64,000 nucleotides of DNA from Verrucomicrobiia bacterium. Lineage in GTDB: Bacteria > Verrucomicrobiota > Verrucomicrobiia > Limisphaerales > UBA1319. Below the pieces are notes generated by a model, which was not told the origin of the DNA, made no database searches, and was given only the letters and a program-made list of their open reading frames with translations. Position numbers and translations under genes: made by a program. The DNA lies in NCBI GenBank assembly GCA_963664225.1, contig OY760937.1, positions 2,112,001 through 2,176,000 on the forward strand, read 5' to 3'. Positions 1 through 9,900 of the stretch are shown here, piece after piece. Numbering within the stretch: position 1 is the first letter of the stretch; every line of letters starts with the position of its first letter.

Positions 1-482
1 GAACTCCAGATGTCCGTGCTGAAATGCAGGGCATCCGCTTCCAGGGCCTGGCTGTTGTGTTTGCGCGCCACCCGGTAAAGCATCCGGGATCGCCCAATGT
101 CCACGGCAATCGAGATTCCCATCACCGCAAAGGTCCAGATCGACGCATCGATGTGTACCTGTCTGACCACCAGCCGGTCGTAGGCCTCGTGGATGATCCA
201 AATGCACGTGACCAGCAGTAGAATCGTTTCGATCAAGGCGGATAAATTCTCCACCTTGCCGTGTCCGTAGAGGTGTTTTCGATCAGCCGGTTTTCCGGAG
301 ATCCAGACGGCAATGCAGGTGACCAAAGCCGCCAGCAGGTCCAACGCCGAATGGGCCGCCTCGGCCAAAATACCCAGGCTGCCGCTGAGCAACCCGATCA
401 CCAATTTGACCGTGGTCAGGAAAACGGCCGCCACGACCGAACTCAATGCGGCCGTGTTTTTTTCATGTTCAGCTCCATTCAT
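1..482 (-). CDS. Cation diffusion facilitator (CDF/FieF-like) transporter, N-terminal part; runs off the left edge
   Basis: Not in ORF track. Manual translation MNGAEHEKNTAALSSVVAAVF...GSLGILAEAAHSALD...KPADRKHLYGHGKVENLSA...SQALEADALHFSTDIWSS matches CDF TM2/TM5 motifs. Confidence 0.9.
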   Translation of the reverse strand, partial: MNGAEHEKNTAALSSVVAAVFLTTVKLVIGLLSGSLGILAEAAHSALDLLAALVTCIAVWISGKPADRKHLYGHGKVENLSALIETILLLVTCIWIIHEAYDRLVVRQVHIDASIWTFAVMGISIAVDIGRSRMLYRVARKHNSQALEADALHFSTDIWS

Positions 483-656
483 ACCCCGCCTCTGACCCCG
501 GCGCCGCCATCACAGGTAGATCCAGCGGCACATTCCCGGATATCGCGGTTCAGGACAATCCACCCGTCTGATGATGCAAAAGGGTCATTCTCCCGCGCCT
601 CTGCAATATACAACAAAATGGATAAGGGCGAGCGGGTCACGCGCTCACTCTGTCAA

Positions 657-1460
657 TCACTGCGGGATGTTCACCGTCTGACCCGTCTTGATTTTCCTGG
701 GGTCCAGTTGCGGATTGGCGTGCATCAAGGTAGGCAGGCGCACGTTGTATTTGCGGGCGATTTTGGCCAGCGTCTCGCCGGATTGCACGGTATGAATTTT
801 ATAGGGCTTGGCGGTAGTTGAGGACGGCACCGACATGCTGCGGATATTTGCGGCTGGCGTGCTGCGCACCGTTGAGGCCGGAGTCGCCGGAGTGCGCGGC
901 GGCTCGAATGCCGGATTGCTGACAGAGCCAGGGCCGGCGTTGCTGGCCGATTGCGCCGTGTAGGCGCGGTTTGTGGAGAGATAGCCGACCTGCTGCGTGA
1001 GTTGCTCGATCCGCTGGCGCAAAAGGCGATTTTCAGTCGTAATCCGCTCAAAATCATGTTGCAAAGTCGGCGTGATCGGACCCATGGGCAGCGATTTGAC
1101 CAATTCCTGTTTGCAGCCCAGAATCCGCTGCCGGATCAACTCCGCGTTGCTGGCATTCGGACGCAGCTTCAGGTAGCGCTCCCCGTGATAAATGGCCGCC
1201 GGATAATCGATCGCCTTCTGCTCATACAGATAGAACAGTTCGAAATGCGCCACGGCGTTCTCCGGATTCACTTCCAGAGCCTTGTTGAAGGCCTCGACCG
1301 CCCCCTGATAATCCAGGCTTTTCTCGAGATTCTTGCCCTGAACGACATGCGGATCCTTCAACTCGTCCTGATCGCTGCCCGGTTCCTCCAGGCAGCCCGC
1401 GCAAACCAGAGCGAGCCCAACCATGATCATCCATCGATATGCAGACACTGCCAAACTCAT
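657..1460 (-). CDS. TPR + LysM peptidoglycan-binding lipoprotein
   Basis: Lipobox-like CAGC, TPR-like helices, coiled coil, C-terminal LysM (HTVQSGETLAKIARKY...LMHANP...GQTVNIP). Confidence 0.85.
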   Translation of the reverse strand: MSLAVSAYRWMIMVGLALVCAGCLEEPGSDQDELKDPHVVQGKNLEKSLDYQGAVEAFNKALEVNPENAVAHFELFYLYEQKAIDYPAAIYHGERYLKLRPNASNAELIRQRILGCKQELVKSLPMGPITPTLQHDFERITTENRLLRQRIEQLTQQVGYLSTNRAYTAQSASNAGPGSVSNPAFEPPRTPATPASTVRSTPAANIRSMSVPSSTTAKPYKIHTVQSGETLAKIARKYNVRLPTLMHANPQLDPRKIKTGQTVNIPQ

Positions 1461-1603
1461 GGCGCGAAACTAATCAAACCCGGCCCGCAGCGCAATGACA
1501 GGTTGAACGGCGGCGTGGAGGAGGACATTCTTGCATGCATCGCCTATGCTTCTAAGTCGTCGCGAGAATCCTCTGTCACTGTGGCCTGCCTCTCTAAAGC
1601 ATT

Positions 1604-1629
1604 AAGAAAGGGGGCCGTTTGGCCCCCAG
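1604..1629 (-). terminator. Putative intrinsic terminator after aldo/keto reductase
   Basis: GGGGGCC-aaac-GGCCCCC hairpin followed by TTTCTT on the minus strand. Confidence 0.5.
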
Positions 1630-1674
1630 ATTCGTGACAAATCAGGCTCTTAAAACCTGCTTACGCCCGCCCTT

Positions 1675-2580
1675 TTACACCTTCGAAATCCGTTCGATCG
1701 TGTCGTCGGTTTCCGAGGTTTTGAGCGTGCCGATGGTGATGGCATCCACGAGGTTGTTGTTGAAGACAAACTTCAGCGACGTGTCTTTTTCCTCGGGTTT
1801 CACGAGTTTGCCTGCCCCGAATATCTTCATGCCGATGACCGCCTTGCCGTTCTTACGCGCGGTTTTCAACACATCGGAGACCTGCTCTGCGGTGCCGTCC
1901 ATCGAATATTCCGCCCCACCCTTGTAGTTGATGCGCGCCAGGATCAAGTCCACCCAGGGGTGGCTGGCCGCGACTTCCATGGCTCCAAAATGATGGCAGG
2001 ACACGCCCACAGCGCGCACCACACCTTTCTGCTTCAATTCGGAAAGTTCGTCCCGGATACGCTCGAATTTATCCGCCCAATCCTTTTCCATCATGCAATG
2101 AATGAGACAGATATCGATCATCTCCACATTCAATTCCTTGCGAAAGCGATCCAGCTCCACCTTCGCGCCGCCCGATGAAGCGTTCCAGTCCTCCTTGCGG
2201 GGCCAGAGCTTGGTCATCATGGTGAACTTGTCCCGGGGCAGATCCTTGATGGTGTCGCGCACAAAGGAATGCGTTCCGTAGAGGTCCGCCATGTCCATGA
2301 ACACCACGCCCTCGTCCACAGCGTGACGCACCACCTTCTCGAACGCCGGCTTGCCCATGCGCGTCAACTCGGAGGATTGCCGGTAACCATTGAAGCCGGT
2401 TCCCTGGGCCAGGCGCGATGTCTTGATGCCCGTGCGCCCGAGTGTGACCATGTCCGTCGCTTTGATGGATCCCGCTGCCGGAGCGGTATCCGCCCCGTAG
2501 ATCAGGGATGGGGCTGCCGCCATGAGTCCGGCGCCCGCGATTGTGGATTTGATGAACTGCCGCCTGCTGCAATTTCGCAT
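1675..2580 (-). CDS. Aldo/keto reductase with Tat signal peptide
   Basis: SRRQFIK twin-arginine motif; LGRTGIKTSRL, DMADLYG, KGVVRAVGVSCH AKR motifs. Confidence 0.9.
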   Translation of the reverse strand: MRNCSRRQFIKSTIAGAGLMAAAPSLIYGADTAPAAGSIKATDMVTLGRTGIKTSRLAQGTGFNGYRQSSELTRMGKPAFEKVVRHAVDEGVVFMDMADLYGTHSFVRDTIKDLPRDKFTMMTKLWPRKEDWNASSGGAKVELDRFRKELNVEMIDICLIHCMMEKDWADKFERIRDELSELKQKGVVRAVGVSCHHFGAMEVAASHPWVDLILARINYKGGAEYSMDGTAEQVSDVLKTARKNGKAVIGMKIFGAGKLVKPEEKDTSLKFVFNNNLVDAITIGTLKTSETDDTIERISKV

Positions 2581-2675
2581 AAGTCTTGTTCCTCTGTCGC
2601 TTTGTTAAGACTGGGTTTCTGGACGTGTTATTTGCCACAGTCTAAATCTGGTCGGCGATTGCGGCAAATGGTTTC

Positions 2676-4316
2676 TTAAGCCCAATACTTCCAGTCCACA
2701 TCCGGGAAAACCCCATCCTCTGCAGCCCAGGCGTCAAGAACCGCGGCGTCGATCCGGCGCGTGCGGATTTGGGCTCCGATCTCATCGAACCGCCCCAGAT
2801 GTGTCAGCAAACGCTGTCGCGCGTAACCGGCGTTCGCCCCCGCGCGAATTTGGAAGGGCCAATCGCTGGCCTGGGCCAGCAGCAGTTCGTTTGCGGCCAG
2901 TTTCATCGCCTTTGAAATTCCGGCGGCGAATGCAGGCGACTTGCCCGAATAAATCGATCTTTCCAAAGCTGACGCATGGCGCGCGTTCGCAATCATCCTC
3001 TCCTGCGCCTTCAGGAGCCGTGGATAAATCCACGCGTTTTCCGCATTGAGCCAGACCCGCCAGTAACCCGCCTCGCCCCAGCTCGAAGCCCCCGGTTTCG
3101 CTGTCTGGTGCGTGGCATAATCCGCCAGATACTGGCTGGGGGTAGCCAGCGCGGGAGCCTCTGGCCGTTGCGCCGCCAGGCGTCCCAAACGGTCGATGAA
3201 CTCCGGTCCCTCAAACCACCAGTGCCCGAACAACTCCGCATCGTAAGGCGCGGTCATCACCGGCGCGCGTCCCATCAAGGGCGCCAACTGCCGCATGTGC
3301 TCAGCACGCGCCTCCAGAAAATGCGATGCGTGTTCATTCACCACAGCCAGCGCCGCCGCGCGGTCATAGATTCTTTTCTCCGACCCCGCCCCTGTAATGG
3401 CGTGATACTTCATGCCGGTGAACCCGCGATGATCCGGGGACGGCAGCCACGGCTGGACATATTCGAAATCCATGTCGAAACCGATATCGCGGTAGAAATC
3501 ACGGTAGCGATAATCCCCGGGATACCCTCCGTGGCGGCTCCAGACCTGCTGGGCGCTGTCGATGTCCCGTCCGAAAACCGCCAGGCCTGACGGGGTCCAG
3601 AGCGGCGCGAATAGGCCATGCACCGGCCGGGGCGAGGCGTGCAGCACTCCGTGGGATTCGAGCACAAACCATTGCAACCCCGCATCCCGCAAGGCCGGTT
3701 CCACCTCCGGCACATAGGCGCATTCCGGCAGCCAGATGCCGCGCGGGGCACGCCCAAAACATTTTGCATAATGATCGCAGGCCACGCGCACTTGCGCGCG
3801 AATGGCCGTCGGATGCGTTGCCAGCAAAGGGAGCACGGCATGCGTGGCCGCACAGGTGATGATCTCGATGATATCCGCGTCCTGCAATCGCCGGAACGCA
3901 TTCACCAGGTTGCCGCCGTGCGAATCCCACGTCTTGAGCAGCCCCAGGAACCGGTCCAGATACATTTGCGCCACGGAACGCTGGGCCGCATCCCAATGGT
4001 GGCGGATGACTTCCTTTTCCGCCAACAGGATCAGGCCCTCGAGGCGTTTGCGGTAACGGCTGCGCAGGAGCGGATCCAGAAGCATCGCGCACAACGTCGG
4101 GGAAAGCGTCCACGTCAGCCGCGTGGGCAGTCCGTCCCGCTCCCAGCCTTCCAGGACTTGGATCAGCGGCAGGTAGCACTCCGTGATCGCCTCGTAAAAC
4201 CAGCTTTCCTCGAGGAACCGCTCATGCTCCGGATGGCGCACGAAAGGCAGATGCGCATGCAGCAGGAGCAGCAGGAAACCCGGTCGCGCGGAATTTGTTT
4301 TCAGGGGAACGATCAC
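2676..4316 (-). CDS. GH57 family 1,4-alpha-glucan branching enzyme (DUF1957 type)
   Basis: HAHLPFV, EAITECYLP, GIWLPECAY, PYDAELFGHWWFEG, LAQASDWPF motifs. Confidence 0.92.
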   Translation of the reverse strand: MIVPLKTNSARPGFLLLLLHAHLPFVRHPEHERFLEESWFYEAITECYLPLIQVLEGWERDGLPTRLTWTLSPTLCAMLLDPLLRSRYRKRLEGLILLAEKEVIRHHWDAAQRSVAQMYLDRFLGLLKTWDSHGGNLVNAFRRLQDADIIEIITCAATHAVLPLLATHPTAIRAQVRVACDHYAKCFGRAPRGIWLPECAYVPEVEPALRDAGLQWFVLESHGVLHASPRPVHGLFAPLWTPSGLAVFGRDIDSAQQVWSRHGGYPGDYRYRDFYRDIGFDMDFEYVQPWLPSPDHRGFTGMKYHAITGAGSEKRIYDRAAALAVVNEHASHFLEARAEHMRQLAPLMGRAPVMTAPYDAELFGHWWFEGPEFIDRLGRLAAQRPEAPALATPSQYLADYATHQTAKPGASSWGEAGYWRVWLNAENAWIYPRLLKAQERMIANARHASALERSIYSGKSPAFAAGISKAMKLAANELLLAQASDWPFQIRAGANAGYARQRLLTHLGRFDEIGAQIRTRRIDAAVLDAWAAEDGVFPDVDWKYWA

Positions 4317-4420
4317 ACCAATTCCTGTTCCATTATCGCAGCGCGCAGTTTCGCCTTTGGGGTGGTCATGGTCCTGAGAATATCACCTTGGAACGCTGCG
4401 GGCAAATGCTCGCCATGCAT

Positions 4421-4450
4421 AAAAAAAGAGCGGGAAAAATCCCGCTCTTT
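4421..4450 (-). terminator. Intrinsic terminator after fba
   Basis: AAAGAGCGGGA-ttt-TCCCGCTCTTT hairpin plus T-tract on the minus strand. Confidence 0.7.
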
Positions 4451-4487
4451 GCGTAAAACCAAATTAAGCCGGCTGGCGGCTCGCCGC

Positions 4488-5453
4488 CTAGTCGAAAGCG
4501 TGACCGGCGCAGCAAAGCACGTCACGGACCTTATGACGAACCAGCACCTTGACGTTCTCACGGGCCGGACTGAGGTATTTGCGGGGATCGAATTCCTTCG
4601 GGGTTTCAGCGAACACCTTGCGGATGCCGGCGGTCATCGCCAGGCGCAGGTCGGTGTCGATGTTGACCTTGGTGCATCCCACGCGGCGGGCGATTTCGAT
4701 GTCCGCCTCGGGAACGCCGGCGGTGTCTTCACCCATCTTGCCGCCGTATTTGTTGATCTCCAGAACCAATTCACGGGGCACGCTCGAAGCTCCATGGAGC
4801 ACCAGCGGATAATCGCCCAGATTGGCTTCCAACAGCGCCTTCTTGATCGCTTTCAAGCGTTCGAGGTCCAGGTGCTGGGTGCCCTTGAATTTGTAGGCGC
4901 CGTGCGAATTGCCGATGGCCACGGCCAGGGAATCGCAACCGGTGGCTCTGACGAATTGAACCGCTTCCTCAGGGTTGGTGTAAACACCGCTGTGTGAGAA
5001 GCCACCCGTGGCTTCGCCGTCGTCGTGCTGGGCGCCCACGAGCTTGCCCAGTTCGCCTTCGACCACACCGTTGTATTTGTGGGCGTATTCCACCACTTTC
5101 TTGGTCACTTCGATGTTTTTCTCCATCGGGAGATGGCTGCCATCGATCATGACGCTGGTGAATCCTTCATCGATGCATTCCTTGCACAGTTCGAAGGTGT
5201 CGCCATGGTCCAGATGGACCGCGATGGGAATCGTGGTGAGGCTGACGGCCGCTTCGATGAGCTTCTTCAAATAAACAGGATTCGCGTATTGGCGCGCGCC
5301 CTTTGAGATTTGAAGGATCAGCGGCGCTTTTTCTTCCTCGCAGGCTTCCACAATAGCCTGGAGTAATTCCATGTTGTTGACATTGAACGCGCCCAGCGCG
5401 TACTTGCCTTTCAACGCCTTGGCGAACAAATCACGTGTATGAGTCAGTGGCAT
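4488..5453 (-). CDS. fba: Class II fructose-1,6-bisphosphate aldolase
   Basis: GAFNVNN, HLDHG, SVMIDGS, GNSHGAYKF, LVLHGASSV, KVNIDTD, FDPRKYL; start taken at MPLTHTR. Confidence 0.95.
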   Translation of the reverse strand: MPLTHTRDLFAKALKGKYALGAFNVNNMELLQAIVEACEEEKAPLILQISKGARQYANPVYLKKLIEAAVSLTTIPIAVHLDHGDTFELCKECIDEGFTSVMIDGSHLPMEKNIEVTKKVVEYAHKYNGVVEGELGKLVGAQHDDGEATGGFSHSGVYTNPEEAVQFVRATGCDSLAVAIGNSHGAYKFKGTQHLDLERLKAIKKALLEANLGDYPLVLHGASSVPRELVLEINKYGGKMGEDTAGVPEADIEIARRVGCTKVNIDTDLRLAMTAGIRKVFAETPKEFDPRKYLSPARENVKVLVRHKVRDVLCCAGHAFD

Positions 5454-5759
5454 ATATCTTTCTTTCTTATTGCGTACATTCGCAAGAAACTTGCGATTGG
5501 TGGCGGATACTAAAAGAACCCCGCAAAAAAGGAAAACAAAATCTTGGTGTCCAAAAAAGTCCAAAACTGTCCGTTGAAATGGCATTTTTATTGATTTGGA
5601 AGAAAAACGGCTTATTATGTGGAAGAGCCACTCAAGCTGGGATCAAGGTTTCCAGCGCGCCAGATGTTCAAGCGTTGCGTGCACCGCATGCATTTGGTGC
5701 GGCAGTGGCGCCAATTTCAAAATCTAAATCAGGGTTTAATCCCGTTTTCGGATGCACTT

Positions 5760-6836
5760 ATGAAAGCAATGCTCAAAACCTGTCTGGTCGCTGCCGGCCT
5801 GATTTTCGCACTCCCATCGGCCTTTGCCCAGCCAGTCATGATCGGTTACACCAACTGTGTCGCCGTCTCCTCCTATTCCCAGTCGCTCATCAACGACATC
5901 ACACGGTTCCGCTGGTTTTTTGCCCATGCCTCCGTCGGCGGCAACATGATCGACGGAATCGACATGCTGCGGCAATCCAACCGAAATCAATTCCCATTGA
6001 TCCCAGTTTCCGAGGACGAAATGCCCCCGGCTTCAACCCAAAATGGCGCCCTCTATGAATTCATGCGGGGTAATCCCGGCGCGCAGGAAAAGTTCGACTC
6101 TTTTGGCGCCTACGTCACCAACGGTTGGCGCTACCCCAAAGTCAATCTGGTTCTCGATAAACTCTGCTATATCGATCAAGAAGCCGACCTCGGTTATTAC
6201 CTTGCCTCCATGGCCAGGCTGGAAGCCGCCTTCCCGGAAACGGTGTTCGTCTATATGACCATGCCCCTCACAACGGATACCGACGAAAATAATCTCAAGC
6301 GCAACATTTACAACGACGGCGTGCGGGACTGGACCCGGACCAACAACCTCGTCCTGTTCGACATTGCGGACATGGAAGCCCATGACACCAACGGCGTTCC
6401 CTCCGAGTTCACCTACAGCGGCCGCGTCTGCCAGCGTTTGTGCGACACCTATTCCAGCGATGGCGGGCATATGAATGACGCTGGAAAGGTTTTGACGGCG
6501 AATGGCTTCTACGCCCTGGGAGCCGCCCTGCTCGCCGTGGACCGCGACCGCGACGGAATGAGCGACGGCTTGGAGTTGATCGCCGGAACCGTACCGACGA
6601 GCGCATCTTCCGTATTTAATTTGCAGGCTTCGACCGCACCCGAAGGAGGCGTCGCCTTGAGTTGGCCGGGCACCACCAATCGCTTATACACCCTGCAACG
6701 CGGCACCAACCTCATGGTCCCGGAGAGCTTCACGAACATCGTGACTGATCTCCTCGCCACGCCCCCGTCAAACAGCTACACGGATTCTTTTACCGAAACC
6801 GGACCATTCTTTTACCGGCTTCAGGTCAAACAGTAA
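5760..6836 (+). CDS. Secreted hypothetical protein (possible SGNH-like domain) with DxDxDG Ca-binding motif and C-terminal FYR domain
   Basis: Signal peptide MKAMLKT...AFA; HASVGGN and DGGH motifs; DRDRDGMSDGLELIAGT; ends FFYRLQVKQ. Confidence 0.7.
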   Translation: MKAMLKTCLVAAGLIFALPSAFAQPVMIGYTNCVAVSSYSQSLINDITRFRWFFAHASVGGNMIDGIDMLRQSNRNQFPLIPVSEDEMPPASTQNGALYEFMRGNPGAQEKFDSFGAYVTNGWRYPKVNLVLDKLCYIDQEADLGYYLASMARLEAAFPETVFVYMTMPLTTDTDENNLKRNIYNDGVRDWTRTNNLVLFDIADMEAHDTNGVPSEFTYSGRVCQRLCDTYSSDGGHMNDAGKVLTANGFYALGAALLAVDRDRDGMSDGLELIAGTVPTSASSVFNLQASTAPEGGVALSWPGTTNRLYTLQRGTNLMVPESFTNIVTDLLATPPSNSYTDSFTETGPFFYRLQVKQ

Positions 6837-6840
6837 GGAA

Positions 6841-6878
6841 AACACCGCCGGGTCCTCTGACCCGGCCCGGCGTGTTTG
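6841..6878. terminator. Hairpin between convergent genes (terminator or REP-like)
   Basis: GCCGGGTC-ctct-GACCCGGC; a near-identical stem occurs at ~29966. Confidence 0.45.
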
Positions 6879-6926
6879 GGCGGCTTCTTGCGAAGGCCGC
6901 TCATCTCTTTCCATCCGCCCTGTGCC

Positions 6927-9900
6927 TTATGGAACCAAAACCACGCGGTAGAATAACTTGCCAAACATCTTATAGATTAGGATTCGTTTTTGGGTGGTGG
7001 TCGCGGTGAAAGAGGGTTGCCCTATCAAAGTCTGCCATGGTCCCTCGACTGTATCGGTGCATTCGATTTTGTATTCTTTGCCCGGAACGGTCCGGATATA
7101 CAATGCCTCTTGTCCAATGCCCGGGGGAATTCTATCCGCAGTCGATAAATCGTCAGGGCGAGGCGTGCTTTCAAATTTAAGCACAGAATCGGGACTGGTT
7201 GGATCTGTGCCTGCCTGCAATTCCTGAAGATTATTCAGGCCATCGCCGTCGGCATCATCCAATTCGGCGCTGGCTGAAGGATAATGTTCCAATAAACCAA
7301 CACTCCTGGCCCAATCGATATAAGAGGGTTCCCATAACGCAGTGGGTCGCTGTGCAAAAGTGGCCCGCCAGCCTGTGGCGCCTGCGCGGTAATAGACCGT
7401 GACATTCGTGGCTCCTCTAAACAAATTATACGTATCGGATGTCGGTGCATTTCCTTCAAAATACACAACTCTTAAGCCGGAGCAGCCACTCAATCCGTCT
7501 CCCAGGATACGTGTTACATTCGTGGGAATGGTGATATTCGTCAGGCTGGTGCAATTGGCGAATGCAAACGACTCGATGGTGGCGACACTGTGGCCAATGT
7601 TCACATTCGTAAGATTGCTGCACGACGAGAAAGCATTATAACTGATATTGGTGACTCCCGTCGGAATCGTGGCACTTTTCAGGCCAGTGCAACGGTAGAA
7701 TGCAAAACTTCCAAAACTGTTGAGATATTTGGGAATGGTGACTTCCGTCAGGCTGGGGCAATTGGCGAATGCACTCTGCCCGATTCTTAGGACGTTGTCA
7801 GGAATGCTGACATTGGTCAGGCTGGTGCAGCCATCGAAAGCGGAATCGGATATATTGGTAACCCCGGTTCCGAAAACCACATTGGTGAGATTGGTGCAAC
7901 CAGAGAAGGCGCTGCTGCCGATATTGTAAACATTGTCTGATATCTTAATGTCAGCCAATGTCGCGCAGCCCTTGAAGGCGTTTGCTCCTATTACGCCTAC
8001 CTTAATGTCTTGAATGATATCCGGGATCACCACGCTGCTATTGCTTCCAGTATATTGAGTGATCGTGACAGTCGATCCGATGGATGAAAAATTAAAACCG
8101 ATCAGATAGGTTAACTTTCCTGCCAGGAATCTGCCCCACCCAGTGGTTCCAGTATAATAATATATTTTGACACTACCGGCGCCAAACGCGTCACTGGCAA
8201 CGTATGAAGGTGCGTTGGCTTCAAATACTATGGATCTCATGCTTCCAGAAAATGCGTTGGACTCAATGTTTGTGACGCTGCCGGGGATGGTGATATTGAC
8301 AAGACGTCCGCAGCCAAAAAACGCATATGATCCAATGTGCGTGAGACCGTCGGGGATTGTGACGTTAATCAAATTATTGCATTGGTAAAATGTTTTACTC
8401 TCAATGCTGGTCACACCGTTCGGGATTTTGATATTCAAAAGCGCAACGCAATTTGAGAAGCACTGGCTCCCAATGCTCGTTGCACTTTCTGGAAGCGCGA
8501 TATTCGTCATCGATATACAGTACGCAAAGGCCGCCGACCCAATGTTGGAAACAGTGTTGGGCAGGGTGACGCTGGTCAGGCTTATGCAGTTACGGAAGGT
8601 TGCATCCCCAATACTGGCGACCCCCTCGGGAATGGTGATATTCGTCAAACCGGCGCAACCGTAGAATGCCTCCGCGCCAATATTCATCACACCGGATGGA
8701 ATCCTCACATCAGTCAGGGCGGTGCACCCATTGAAAGCATCATAACCAATGTTGGTGACACCGTCTGGGATCGTGATATTCGTCAGAGCCGTACACCGGG
8801 AAAACGCATAGTTTCCAATGCTTGCAACGGTGTTGGGAATGGTCACGCTTGTCAGGCTGGCATTTCCTGAAAAAGCATAGTCCGCAATGCTGGTGACCGG
8901 CATGCCGTTGATGGAGTTCGGTATGGTGATGTTTCCTCCGGACCCCATGTAGCCAATGATAGTGTAGGTGGAGCCGATTTGTTGATACGAGAAATCCGGC
9001 GCATCCGCCTTGTCCCACAATGCCGTCGGACGTCCTCCAAACGTCTTTCCCCAGCCAGTTGTTCCGACGCGATAATACACAGTGGCTAGATTATCATAGA
9101 GGAATGGAGCAAATGCAGAAAACAGGCTTGGCGCATTACCCTCAAAATAAACGCCTGTCAGATTCGAACAGTTCCCAAACACATAGCTCTCGATCTTGAA
9201 GACGCTGGCAGGAATCGTGATGCTCGTCAGCCCGGCGCATCCACTGAAGGCGGATTCCAATATAAAGTTGGCCCGATTGGGAATAATGATACTCGTCAGG
9301 CCTGTGCAGTTTAAAAATGCGTTGCTGCTGATGGTGGTAATGGTTTGAGGAATCGAAATATTCGTAAGCCCGGCGCAATCGGAGAATGCATAACCACTGA
9401 GCTTGTTGACTTTATTCTCAATACTGTAGCTGCCGGTCTTGCCTGCCGGGCAAGCGATCAGTGTTGTCTGGCTTTTGTTGAACAAGACTCCATCAACCGT
9501 GCTAAAAATGGAGTTCGTCGGGACTGAATATTCGGTCAGACGAGCGCAGCCAGCAAAAGCGGATTCCCGGACGAGGGTGAGCGTTTGGGGAATCACACAA
9601 GTTCCCGTTTTACCACCAGGAAATTGAAGAAGCGTGCTCTGGTTTTTATTGAACAATACACCATCGATGCTGGAGTAGTTCGTATTGCCGAGGGCCACCT
9701 CAATCGCCGTCAGGCTGCTGCAACGAGCAAACGCATCGACCCCGTAGTAACCCCCAATGCTGATAACACTCTCTGGGATTGCGATATTGGTCAGACTAGT
9801 GCATCCAGAGAACGCTCGATCCTGGATTTGCGTGACGCCGTTGGGAATATTGACGTTTGCCAGATTCGTGGAACCGTAAAACGCTGACCCCCCGATGATG

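Noticed and set aside
3618..4997. Long antisense ORFs (also 14369-15880, 44673-46127, 46187-47488, 60256-61548)
   Set aside because: Shadows of well-supported genes on the opposite strand in GC-rich DNA.
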